A DNA stretch of 64,000 nt from Giardia intestinalis (lineage: Eukaryota), in the NCBI GenBank assembly GCA_000002435.2, contig CM018792.1; one strand, given 5' to 3'. The notes beneath the pieces were generated by a model. It searched no databases. It had not been told where the DNA came from and saw only the letters and a list, made by a program, of their open reading frames with translations. A program made the position numbers and the translations under genes. Positions 38,567-47,816 of this stretch are shown piece by piece. Positions within the stretch are counted from its first letter, which is position 1, and each line of letters begins with the position of its first letter.

Positions 38567-39073
38567 TTATGTTTCGTTGCTTTTGAGTATTGCTGCTGCA
38601 TATGCTACGCCAAGCAGTCCGGCTGCACCATATGTGATCATTGTGAAGGTAATAATATAATATACCTTCCCGCCATGGAAATCTAGCAAGATAAAGTCCC
38701 AGATAAGGCCTAGACAGATGGGAATGACGACTGAACGGATGGACATGGTTGCCAAGAATATCGTTAAGGGCTCTGGAGGCGTCGGAATCTCAAGCCTGCG
38801 CAAACACTGATTGGTTCTTTTCCTGGTGAAGTATGTTGTGATGGATATGACGACGGCGTTGAATAGAGAGACACCGATGATGACAATTAACGCTATAGGA
38901 ATGCTATATTTAATATACCCAGTCAACTCATTCTGCAGGAAGTTATTAGTTAGTCCGAAGTATGCCAATATGAACAGCGCATTGCTACTTAGGAGGTTAT
39001 CTAGTCTAGCTACTGTGATCAGCTCCTGGTGCTCAATCCTCTCTATCGTCCACTTTGCAGTGTGAATCTGCAT
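38567..39073 (-). CDS. Hypothetical small membrane protein (about 4 transmembrane segments)
   Basis: ATG verified. Hydrophobic segments ALFILAYFGL, IPIALIVIIGVSLFNAVVISI, VVIPICLGLIWDFILL and ITFTMITYGAAGLLGVAYAAAIL. No family was recognised. Confidence 0.35.
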   Translation of the reverse strand: MQIHTAKWTIERIEHQELITVARLDNLLSSNALFILAYFGLTNNFLQNELTGYIKYSIPIALIVIIGVSLFNAVVISITTYFTRKRTNQCLRRLEIPTPPEPLTIFLATMSIRSVVIPICLGLIWDFILLDFHGGKVYYIITFTMITYGAAGLLGVAYAAAILKSNET

Positions 39074-39158
39074 TTTCCACCCCTAGACGCATCTACAGCG
39101 AAGGGCACCTGTTTACTTCTCCTTACCAACTGATCACTGTACAGCAACTTACAGTGCC

Positions 39159-39602
39159 TTACTCCACAATCTCCTCGTACACTTTGCACCACTCTTTCAT
39201 ACGCTCCAAGAAGGGAGCACTTGTAATAGCCTTCTTAGCTTCCCCGACAAGGTCAGGTGCGTATTTGGCTGGATCTGTTACTTTGAAGGTGAACTCCCAA
39301 TCTTCTGGCTCCGTGTCACAAAACGGCTCGAGGACAGCAGTTCCCTCCAGGGGATCTTTGTCTGCAGCCTTGTAGGTCACATTCATCTTAATCTTGAAGT
39401 CATAGGAAGATCTCAGCTTCCCCTTGCGCACATTCTTGAAGGCCTCACCTTTCGCCTCCGTAACAGACACATCAATGACTTCTGTCCCACTCAACGTGTG
39501 CTGGAACGTGAGTCGCTTCTTTATCTCTGTAATAGCCCAATCAGTAAAATCCTTCTCAGACCAATGCCACCCGTTGATGTTGTGAGCACTAGGACTAGCC
39601 AT
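39159..39602 (-). CDS. Aha1 N-terminal-domain protein (Hch1/Aha1-like Hsp90 ATPase activator, short form)
   Basis: NINGWHWSEKDFTDWA matches the Aha1_N signature NVNNWHWtEKd...W. The rest is compatible with Aha1_N: KGEAF.NVRKGKL..SYDFKIKMN...GTAVLEPFCDTEPEDWEF. It is anchored to the internal ATG (MASPSAHN); the track start at 39629 is also ATG and possible. Confidence 0.65.
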   Translation of the reverse strand: MASPSAHNINGWHWSEKDFTDWAITEIKKRLTFQHTLSGTEVIDVSVTEAKGEAFKNVRKGKLRSSYDFKIKMNVTYKAADKDPLEGTAVLEPFCDTEPEDWEFTFKVTDPAKYAPDLVGEAKKAITSAPFLERMKEWCKVYEEIVE

Positions 39603-39720
39603 CAATTTTCCTTTAATTGATCTTAGCATCCATCTAATGTTGTGCCAAATAAATTAAAATATGGAATGCTGAAAAGTTCCAAGATCTAAATTCCTAAGCC
39701 CGGGACCTAAATTCCAACCA

Positions 39721-40374
39721 ATGCCTTTTACAACGAAGAGTATCGTGCATGAGACAATGATGGCCCCCGGGGTCGAAAACCGCCAGCATGCCTTCGGCGT
39801 GTTCATGGACACATTCAATGCGATGAGGAACTACTTTTTGGAGCACTATGAGAAGGGCATAGGGATGTTCATTCCTAGCCTTGGTGCCTTTTTCTTTGAT
39901 AACATCCACGACGCTAGAACAGACCGCCCAGCCAGAATCCCCCGCTTCGTATTTCTTTCACATTTTCTCACCCGATCGGGGTTGCAGTGTCCCAAAGATC
40001 AGAACGCAGACACGCTCAATCTCAACATGGGTAGCCTCTTTGAAACAAAGGGTCCGATGCATCGTATAAACTGGACAACTGTGGCCGGAAAGGCAGGCCT
40101 CACCCCTGCAGATTGCAAGGAAGCGTGGGACCTCTTATTGAAGACTCTACAAAGTAATATCCTTTCCGGGGTAGATGGCTCTATAGATTTCGGCATTGGA
40201 ACCTTTACAACAACCAATTTCAGAGGGGGTATGAAGCTTAAGAAGTGGGTGCAAGCAGACCTTTGCAACAATGGAACCCTGGGCGTTGTTAAAACTAACC
40301 AGGCCATGACAACATTGGGGACATTCAGGGTTACTGAACAGCTTCCTCGTGGGACGACCATAATTCGCAAATAA
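39721..40374 (+). CDS. Hypothetical protein (217 aa)
   Basis: ATG start, intact ORF and typical spacing to its neighbours. No family recognised. Confidence 0.4.
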   Translation: MPFTTKSIVHETMMAPGVENRQHAFGVFMDTFNAMRNYFLEHYEKGIGMFIPSLGAFFFDNIHDARTDRPARIPRFVFLSHFLTRSGLQCPKDQNADTLNLNMGSLFETKGPMHRINWTTVAGKAGLTPADCKEAWDLLLKTLQSNILSGVDGSIDFGIGTFTTTNFRGGMKLKKWVQADLCNNGTLGVVKTNQAMTTLGTFRVTEQLPRGTTIIRK

Positions 40375-40407
40375 CTCTGCTTGAAGGCGTGAAGAAGGAA
40401 ACGATCT

Positions 40408-41154
40408 TTATATGTTTGTAGATTGGGACTTAGATTGGGCTTTGGACCTTGACCGCTGCTTTTTTGTGCCATACATGCATTGCTTGATCTGGACAGCAGA
40501 CTCTTCGCAACTTCGTAACTCACCCAGGGTAAGCTTGTCCCATTGATCGAATGTTAACAAAATCTGCGCAAACTGATCTTTGAGACTTGTCTTGAGTTGG
40601 GTGATTAAATGTCGCTGAATAAACTGGCGAATGATGTTGGATTCTTTGTTATAGATTATCTCTACTGTAGTGCATGACACATTTGATTCGGCTCCGCAGA
40701 TCCAGTCGTGGGGGATTTTGAGTGTAAGTTCGTCTCTTTGTCGCTTTCTCAAGCAATCTGCGGGTACATCAACGGTCTCCAAATGTTCATTGTCTAACCA
40801 ATTTGGCGCCGGCTCCCCACAATAGCAATCCTGAAAATGGAACCTCATTTCTACTGTGACCCGAGGGTTTCCATAAGGACTCCTTGCCACATAGATTGAA
40901 TAGGGAAACTCAGTAGTGGAATAAATCTTTGTCTTGATCCCTTGATACGCTAAAGGCAGATTGATGTACTCTGGAATATCCTTGAAATGGACCCGGCTTG
41001 CTGAGATTACTCCAGATTGACTTCCAGGCAGATGCTGAATTAGCAGAAGGCGCCTTTGATCCCCAGGAAAGCCTCTGGCTGTAACAAAGCGGAGCCCTAT
41101 ACTAGTTTGTAACGCAGTGAGGGGCATCAGAAAAGAAATGGCCTGTGTTTGCAT
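40408..41154 (-). CDS. Hypothetical protein
   Basis: The track start at 41223 is TTG. In-frame ATGs lie at 41154 and 41127. No family recognised. Confidence 0.4.
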   Translation of the reverse strand: MQTQAISFLMPLTALQTSIGLRFVTARGFPGDQRRLLLIQHLPGSQSGVISASRVHFKDIPEYINLPLAYQGIKTKIYSTTEFPYSIYVARSPYGNPRVTVEMRFHFQDCYCGEPAPNWLDNEHLETVDVPADCLRKRQRDELTLKIPHDWICGAESNVSCTTVEIIYNKESNIIRQFIQRHLITQLKTSLKDQFAQILLTFDQWDKLTLGELRSCEESAVQIKQCMYGTKKQRSRSKAQSKSQSTNI

Positions 41155-41291
41155 TTTAAAATCCTGACGTGAAATGTTACAGGGAAGGATTACCAATGGT
41201 TTACCAGAGAGATTGCGAACCAATACGCAGGGAAAGAGGATTGTAGAAAATAAAAAGTAAGCAACCCAATCTGGTTTGAGTCAAGCTAGGC

Positions 41292-41912
41292 TTATCTATT
41301 TCGTTTGTGCATGGTGGTAATTATTCCCATTTGTACACCGCTAGCCAAGACGACGAGGGCAATTTCGATGATGACAAATATCCATAAGCGACGGGAAACA
41401 GATTTGAGGCCGCCGATAAGCCTATTTTCTCTATACTTAGAATACCTCTGGTCAGCCTGAACATTGGACATAAGTTTGTGTGCTTGATCCACAGTTACCG
41501 TGTATCGATCAACCGACGCAGAGCTAGACGCTCTAGCCACATCTATTCCAAAGTCGCAAGTTGCTACCGTCTCCTTTATACTTGCAGCTCGCGGTTGTGC
41601 ACCAGTAGTATTGGTCTCAGGAGCTTCCTTTAAGATTACCTCAAAACAAAAATGGTACGTCCCTGGCTTTGTGACAGAGATAGCATAGGCTTCGCTGTCA
41701 GTGATGCTTGAGTATATAGGAGCCTTGATGCTGGGGGTGTTGATTGAAAACCGTACCTGGTAAAGGGCTGACGGATTGATGGCAACTCGCCCAGAGACTT
41801 CATCACCAGCAGCCAAGTTCTCGTGCATGCAGAACCGCTTCTTCGGCTTCAAAAAGAAGCTGAGTTCGTCGCAAAGCACCGAACTTATAACTGCAAATAT
41901 GGTTAAAATCAT
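41292..41912 (-). CDS. p24/emp24/TMED-family cargo receptor (GOLD domain)
   Basis: Signal peptide MILTIFAVISSVLC. GOLD-domain pattern: LSFFLKPKKRFCMHENLAAGDEVSGRVAIN...GTYHFCFEV. Luminal coiled coil: VDQAHKLMSNVQADQRYSKYRENRLIGGLKSVSRRLW. A single C-terminal TM and a short tail ...TTMHKRNR. Confidence 0.75.
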   Translation of the reverse strand: MILTIFAVISSVLCDELSFFLKPKKRFCMHENLAAGDEVSGRVAINPSALYQVRFSINTPSIKAPIYSSITDSEAYAISVTKPGTYHFCFEVILKEAPETNTTGAQPRAASIKETVATCDFGIDVARASSSASVDRYTVTVDQAHKLMSNVQADQRYSKYRENRLIGGLKSVSRRLWIFVIIEIALVVLASGVQMGIITTMHKRNR

Positions 41913-41946
41913 TGCTAAGATTTTTTTTCAGACTACGAATAAAGTG

Positions 41947-44900
41947 ATGCGATTCAGTGATCAGTTTCTTGCTCGGGTGGCTTCCCAGCTGGACCTGAAG
42001 CTCCTCTTTAGGTTCCAGGGCTTGTCACAAAGAACATACGAGGCCGGTTATCAAGTTACGGCACTCAACAATGTTGATCTGCATTATCCGGGGCTGAATA
42101 AGGTCTTGATAAAATACAGAAAGGTTCAGCAGGCATCGATAATAAGCCTCTACTCGGCTCCTGCTCGCCCCATTGGGGTCTTATTTTATCGATATTGGGT
42201 TGATCTCAAGTCTCTTTCGTTCACCTTTCAACGCTGCGACATCTTCGTTAACTTTATAAGTACTTCGCTGATTAAAGGAAAGGATGAGACGGAATCGGAG
42301 AAGAGCTTTCTGGCGTTAACAGACCTCAGCATTACTATCTACACTACAGGAGATTCCAAATACTGTTCGCCGCTAAGTGTCTTTCCTCCTGTGCATGCAG
42401 CAAAAATCAGAAGGCTGGTTTATGATTGCAAGTTTGAAACAAGAATTCCTACCGCCTTCAAGAACTTTACTGCGATTCAAGACCTTACCCTCTACGGACC
42501 AAGCGAGCCCAACTTTAGACTAATTAACATGCCAAGCCTTAGAAACTTAAGACACTTTATTGTTCATAAGGCGAACTTATATCCTGTTGAGATTCTTGCT
42601 ATCCTAAAGAGTAATCCAACAATAGAGATTCTTGAGATCTATGCTATTTCTCTGGACCCTCCCCAAGACGATGGCTTTTCCTTAGTGACAATTTGTTCGG
42701 ATTTAGAGCGGAAAGATGGTACTTTATGCGATGAACAAGACAGTCAATACAAACAAACCTTCCGGAAAAAGTACAGACTGAATCCGTACAAGACTGTCAC
42801 CAACCTGAAAAGCATTATGATAAGCACTGCATCCCAGGTCCCTCTCGACATCGTTACCCTTGTTACTGCGTGCAGTCCCCACTTGATCAAGTTGTCTATC
42901 AGCAATTCTGTCTTTATATCGCGTCACTTTATTAAAGAAACTCGCTTCCTAGACATTCTCAAAGAAAACTTCACGTGTCATAGCGTTCTATCTCTTGCAT
43001 GTACTACAGATAAGAAGCAGGAAGAGGAGGAAGAACGAGAACGCAGCAAGTGCCCAGCAGCTTTGCCTGCAGATAAAAATCGTTCTAAGCCTAAGTTACT
43101 ACAGCAAAATGATGTGCCACCGGATGCTGATTTGAGTGGAATCAAGCTCGTTACCCCAACAACAACAACAGCGTCACTATCATCTGGTCAGTCGTCTATG
43201 TATTCTGGTCTAAGCTCTAACACAGACATTGTTAAGCGTCCGCCCTTCTCGTCAACAATTAAGACATGCTGTCAAGATGCTCGGATGACAACTGATAGCA
43301 TGTCTACGCCTGAGCTGACATCCTCAGTAATATTTGAACAGAACGATATGTCTAAGGATGATTTAAAATCCACCTCTCTAAAGAGCTATCTTCCCTGCAT
43401 TGTTACTGACGCTCTCGCGCAGATTAAAACAGATTATCGAAATGATGCTGACCTTTCTTCGGAGGACACTATACCGCCTTCTCTCTTCAAGCATAACGTT
43501 GCAGACAGCTCTCTACCTAGTTTTCAAATTAGATACTCTGAGTCTCAGCCTCATCTGGTAACGTACTCTGCACCCTACTCTTCAATTTCTACTACAACAT
43601 ATGTCGACAACATCCCTGATTCTACATTCAGTTTTCAATCTTCTGTATACTCAATGAGTGCAATGCTCCACAACCCCAGCCTCACTATAGATGGATATCC
43701 CAGGAAATACTATGATAGCCATCTTGCCAGAAATAGAAGTAGACTATCATCAGCTACAAATGGTATTCAAAGTACTTACAATGATATTTACAATAGTGAC
43801 CAAGATAGCACCAGATCATATGTTCTAGTGAACGATGAGCCTTACAGCAGGTCTCCATCAGATGACTCTGACAACTCTGGTACAAATCAAGAACTAGATA
43901 GAGAGCAAGATTTGGACCTGGTCAGCTTTCATCATCCTCGAAACATTGTTTCCAACAAGAATGTATACTCCGGCGCTCTACCTCATCTGTCTAACAATTC
44001 TCATCAAATAACATGGAACTTCTATCCGTTTTTGAATCCTCAAGAACGGATGTTGTCTCACACCCAGAGTCCGTGGCATGCAGATGATCCTATTCATAAA
44101 AGATACCCGTTTGTTGGCCAGCTTTCCTCTCAGAAGAAGGAGCTCCCCTTTCTTAGCAAGCAGTTACAACCACCATATTACTTCAATGATCCTGCACTAG
44201 GTCACAGAACCTCTAATAAGGATGGGGATAGACACGGAGGAAAGTGCTCACAACGTCCAAACTCCGTAGGAAAGTGTTCCGGTACATCTGTAAGATTTTT
44301 CACGAAATGCCAAGACGCAACTGCCCATAAGCAACGGAGTAATGAAAGTAGCCAGCTCTCGCCGCTCAGGCCTGAATCGTGTGCTCGAAGAGCGAGGATG
44401 CACATGCGCGTATATAGTTCAATGAATGATTACAGTGGCTACGGAGTATTTACTACTTCTAGTACACGTACAGACGCATCACTAAATAATTCTGATACTG
44501 CCTCTGTCAGATCAGTGCAGTCAGGTACTCATTTGGATGCCAGTTCAGACGAGAAAGCCAGCTCGTTACCTCCAGCTAACCTAGATACTAATTTTTCCTG
44601 TAGTGCTTCATTGCCTAGCTACAAAAAGACCTGTACTATTCCATTACAGACTGAAGAAGAGCCTCTGAACAACCTAGGAAAGAACTTACTTGATGGCATT
44701 CCAAACAACCCGCTGCTGATAGCAACTGCCAAGGAATCGCCTCACGCAAACACAGCTCCGTCACCTCCTGTTAATTCACTGAGCTTGGAGCAACCATATC
44801 AGCCCTTGCAGATAAATCTATCAAAAACTACCAACGCTTCAGACTCCAGCTTTGAGAAATATGTGACGATGGTAACAGGCGTTTCTGCGAAGAAAAATAA

Positions 44901-47733
44901 GCTCTCTAGTCTTAGTCAGACCTTGAGCCTTTTCGGTGGCTCTTTGCCTGAGGACCTCGAGAGTAATGCTACCGCAAAACTGATACCAGGAAATACTCAG
45001 AATGCTCAAGAGCAGCAAACTACAGAAGGCCAGATAGACGAGGGTTTTAAGCCATATGCCTCGACAACAGATCTAACTTCTCGAGAAACGTCCATGATAA
45101 TACCTCATAATCCAGGACTAACCAATACTTCTACATTCTCTGTGACTAGGAATATCAATTCCTTGTTGCAGAATATGTGCATTCCTCAAGACAGTGAAGA
45201 GGACCTAGATGATGCTGAGGAGGTAATGCCACAACTACTAGTATCACACCTTAGAGCCATTTCCACTCCTATAGTACATCTTCACGAATTTGAACAATCA
45301 ACCCGCAACGCGCTGATTTCGGAACGAGTCCATAATACAAAGTGTTTTACCAGTCACGACGATGCTTGGTCATACATTGGCAAGTGCATGGAGTGGACTG
45401 AAGAAGATAAGATAATAGCAGGGGGCTTCTACCAACAAACTGCCTGGAAAAATGCTGCATTTATGTGTCAGCGGTACGAGAAAACATATATGGACATGGC
45501 CCGCAGTGCGGGGGTGCTAGATGGCAGCACAGATGAGGCCAGCTTCCAACCTATCATCAAGTGGCTTCATCAAGGTATAAGGTTAAAGGGACCAAAGCAG
45601 CTGAAGACAGCATATTTATGGTCCAACTACCATATGTTATCACCAATATACGACGATTGCAAGTTCACCATCAGAGATATGCAGAATGAGCTCTTTCAAG
45701 CCAAGATGAACTCACAGCTCGCTGCTATTGAGCCTTTCTTTAACACCAATATCTCGGGAAAGCCATTTTATCAGACGAAAACGGCTAATACGGGATATGT
45801 AGAGAAGATTATTCTTACGAGCAATAAGCTGCGGGCGTCCATGACCGTTGTTGCTAACGCCTCTGTCAGTACAAAGGAGCGAGGAGTGGATGCCCAAGGC
45901 GAGAAGGCAATTGCAGGTCTAAGCTTGACCTCATTATCCGGTTCTTCACAAAGCATAACGGCACCAGCTATCTCAGATAAGCAAGCAAACGAGAAAATCA
46001 AGTCGATACCTGAAAGCGAAAGCACTAAGCCCTCTAAAAAGAATTCTAGCGGATCTAGAAATGAGCAGTCAATAGGGGCCAGTAAGCTTTCGAGCCTGTT
46101 GGCCGTCATAAGAAATTACAATAAAACAGCGGGTGTGTCACCGAAAGCCGCTAAAACCCAAGCTAAGAATCCGACTCTCATTGACAGCTCTAATCCAGAT
46201 CTGATTCAGGAATCAAGCAATACAAAAACAAATCCATCAGCATCTTCTTCAACTGGCAACTTGGATCAAAGCAAAGAAAATAGAAAAGTATCGGAGCAGC
46301 AAAATACGTCGCAGCTTTTGGACATATTCCGTAAAGACATACAGCTTATCGATTTACACGAAGTTCATGATGTATATAGTCTACCATTTAATAAAAATTT
46401 AGTTGCCGAGCCAGATAAGATGCTCTACTTCGACATGAGGATAAACCCTTGTGTCGATCAAATAATAGGACAAATAATAACACATGACATGCTAGAGCAG
46501 GACAAGAAGGAGCATGTGCAAAAGGTCGGGGATTCCTTCGATGGATTCAGCCAGACCAAGAACAATACCTTATTTTGCAACATTCTGCTTATTTCGACTC
46601 TTTCTAGATGCATTACAAGGATACATATGCCGTCAATCCATTTGTCGGTAGATGATATAATATTAATGGCTACTAGGTTTAAAAACCTGAGATCGTTAGA
46701 GATAGGATCACTGCCCACTCCAACATCTGACTTCCGGGACGCTCTTTCCGTTAGGGACACAACAGACGACGGCCTTGAGCAGAGACCTCGTGCAAAGAGC
46801 GACGGAGGTGCACCAGCCTTAGATGGGGCCCAAAACTCCTCAGTTGAAGCGACAATGGGCTTTATGGTACCAGCATCCTTTTCTAGAACAATCATATCCT
46901 TTCCAAGCATGACAGAACTTTTCCTTCGCAACGGCTACATGGTTGATATTCTTCTTATTCTTCAGCTATTTCCTAATCTCAAGTGCCTCCAGCTTGAAAA
47001 CTGCATTCTCTTGAACACCGTTACAAATGAAATGGCCTTTTGCTCTACCAACGAATTTCGCAAGCAATTTGTTTTAGAAGAACTAACTGTCATTGGCAGT
47101 TTGAAGACAGATCGTATGACTCTCCGCAATATAATGCTGCTGTTACGCGATACTCTTACAACTGTCTATTTGAACAGGACGAGAATACCATTGCATAATA
47201 TCTGGAGAAACAATGTAGTGTATATGCCCAGACTGCGGCATGTAACCCTGCAGTCAGCCATCTACGATGAGACTACTGAGATGGACGAGTACATAGCACG
47301 TTATCCAAAGATGGCCAACTATGGGCGCTGTAGCCTATCGTTGCTCGACCTTTTAGCAGTTATAGCCTGCTATCCTAATTTGGAGACTCTGTCCTTCTCA
47401 CAGCTCCACACGTTTGACTACGGTGGAGTGCATGAGGCTGTTAGTAGCGCTATAATACTACGAATACTCGACCATCTTTCCGAAGCAGATGGCACTTACT
47501 GTCTAAAGCGTCTGAGAACACTGTCACTTAGGGGCGCTTCAGAAGGCGATGTTGACGTGTTTATATTGACAATGGCTAAGATCTGTGACATGAAGAGTCT
47601 GACACGTGTGTCGCTAGAGCTTTTGTTCTGGAATGGCGACATTTTGAAACCAGCTAGTCTCCAGGAATCAAAGCTTTTCTCAGATGGTTGCTCTATTTCT
47701 ATAGTGTTAGATCAGACTAAGGAAACGCAGTGA
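41947..47733 (+). CDS. Very large hypothetical protein with LRR-like N- and C-terminal regions and a ~900-aa Ser/Thr/Asn-rich low-complexity centre
   Basis: The track ORF starts at 41776 but overlaps the p24 CDS by 137 nt. The first non-overlapping ATG is at 41947 (MRFSDQF...). The N-terminal LRR-like region is LTLYGPSEPNFRLINMPSLRNLRHFIVHKANLYPVEILAILKSNPTIEILEIYAISL. The C-terminal F-box/LRR-like region is FKNLRSLEIGSL..., LFPNLKCLQLENCILLNTV..., YPNLETLSFSQL... Confidence 0.5.
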   Translation: MRFSDQFLARVASQLDLKLLFRFQGLSQRTYEAGYQVTALNNVDLHYPGLNKVLIKYRKVQQASIISLYSAPARPIGVLFYRYWVDLKSLSFTFQRCDIFVNFISTSLIKGKDETESEKSFLALTDLSITIYTTGDSKYCSPLSVFPPVHAAKIRRLVYDCKFETRIPTAFKNFTAIQDLTLYGPSEPNFRLINMPSLRNLRHFIVHKANLYPVEILAILKSNPTIEILEIYAISLDPPQDDGFSLVTICSDLERKDGTLCDEQDSQYKQTFRKKYRLNPYKTVTNLKSIMISTASQVPLDIVTLVTACSPHLIKLSISNSVFISRHFIKETRFLDILKENFTCHSVLSLACTTDKKQEEEEERERSKCPAALPADKNRSKPKLLQQNDVPPDADLSGIKLVTPTTTTASLSSGQSSMYSGLSSNTDIVKRPPFSSTIKTCCQDARMTTDSMSTPELTSSVIFEQNDMSKDDLKSTSLKSYLPCIVTDALAQIKTDYRNDADLSSEDTIPPSLFKHNVADSSLPSFQIRYSESQPHLVTYSAPYSSISTTTYVDNIPDSTFSFQSSVYSMSAMLHNPSLTIDGYPRKYYDSHLARNRSRLSSATNGIQSTYNDIYNSDQDSTRSYVLVNDEPYSRSPSDDSDNSGTNQELDREQDLDLVSFHHPRNIVSNKNVYSGALPHLSNNSHQITWNFYPFLNPQERMLSHTQSPWHADDPIHKRYPFVGQLSSQKKELPFLSKQLQPPYYFNDPALGHRTSNKDGDRHGGKCSQRPNSVGKCSGTSVRFFTKCQDATAHKQRSNESSQLSPLRPESCARRARMHMRVYSSMNDYSGYGVFTTSSTRTDASLNNSDTASVRSVQSGTHLDASSDEKASSLPPANLDTNFSCSASLPSYKKTCTIPLQTEEEPLNNLGKNLLDGIPNNPLLIATAKESPHANTAPSPPVNSLSLEQPYQPLQINLSKTTNASDSSFEKYVTMVTGVSAKKNKLSSLSQTLSLFGGSLPEDLESNATAKLIPGNTQNAQEQQTTEGQIDEGFKPYASTTDLTSRETSMIIPHNPGLTNTSTFSVTRNINSLLQNMCIPQDSEEDLDDAEEVMPQLLVSHLRAISTPIVHLHEFEQSTRNALISERVHNTKCFTSHDDAWSYIGKCMEWTEEDKIIAGGFYQQTAWKNAAFMCQRYEKTYMDMARSAGVLDGSTDEASFQPIIKWLHQGIRLKGPKQLKTAYLWSNYHMLSPIYDDCKFTIRDMQNELFQAKMNSQLAAIEPFFNTNISGKPFYQTKTANTGYVEKIILTSNKLRASMTVVANASVSTKERGVDAQGEKAIAGLSLTSLSGSSQSITAPAISDKQANEKIKSIPESESTKPSKKNSSGSRNEQSIGASKLSSLLAVIRNYNKTAGVSPKAAKTQAKNPTLIDSSNPDLIQESSNTKTNPSASSSTGNLDQSKENRKVSEQQNTSQLLDIFRKDIQLIDLHEVHDVYSLPFNKNLVAEPDKMLYFDMRINPCVDQIIGQIITHDMLEQDKKEHVQKVGDSFDGFSQTKNNTLFCNILLISTLSRCITRIHMPSIHLSVDDIILMATRFKNLRSLEIGSLPTPTSDFRDALSVRDTTDDGLEQRPRAKSDGGAPALDGAQNSSVEATMGFMVPASFSRTIISFPSMTELFLRNGYMVDILLILQLFPNLKCLQLENCILLNTVTNEMAFCSTNEFRKQFVLEELTVIGSLKTDRMTLRNIMLLLRDTLTTVYLNRTRIPLHNIWRNNVVYMPRLRHVTLQSAIYDETTEMDEYIARYPKMANYGRCSLSLLDLLAVIACYPNLETLSFSQLHTFDYGGVHEAVSSAIILRILDHLSEADGTYCLKRLRTLSLRGASEGDVDVFILTMAKICDMKSLTRVSLELLFWNGDILKPASLQESKLFSDGCSISIVLDQTKETQ

Positions 47734-47816
47734 GGTATAAAGTAAATGGCCGCTGAGGCCCAAAGCCAGACGGAAGGGGTGGCCGAAAGAGCAAGCTACT
47801 ACAAAAAATAAAAACG

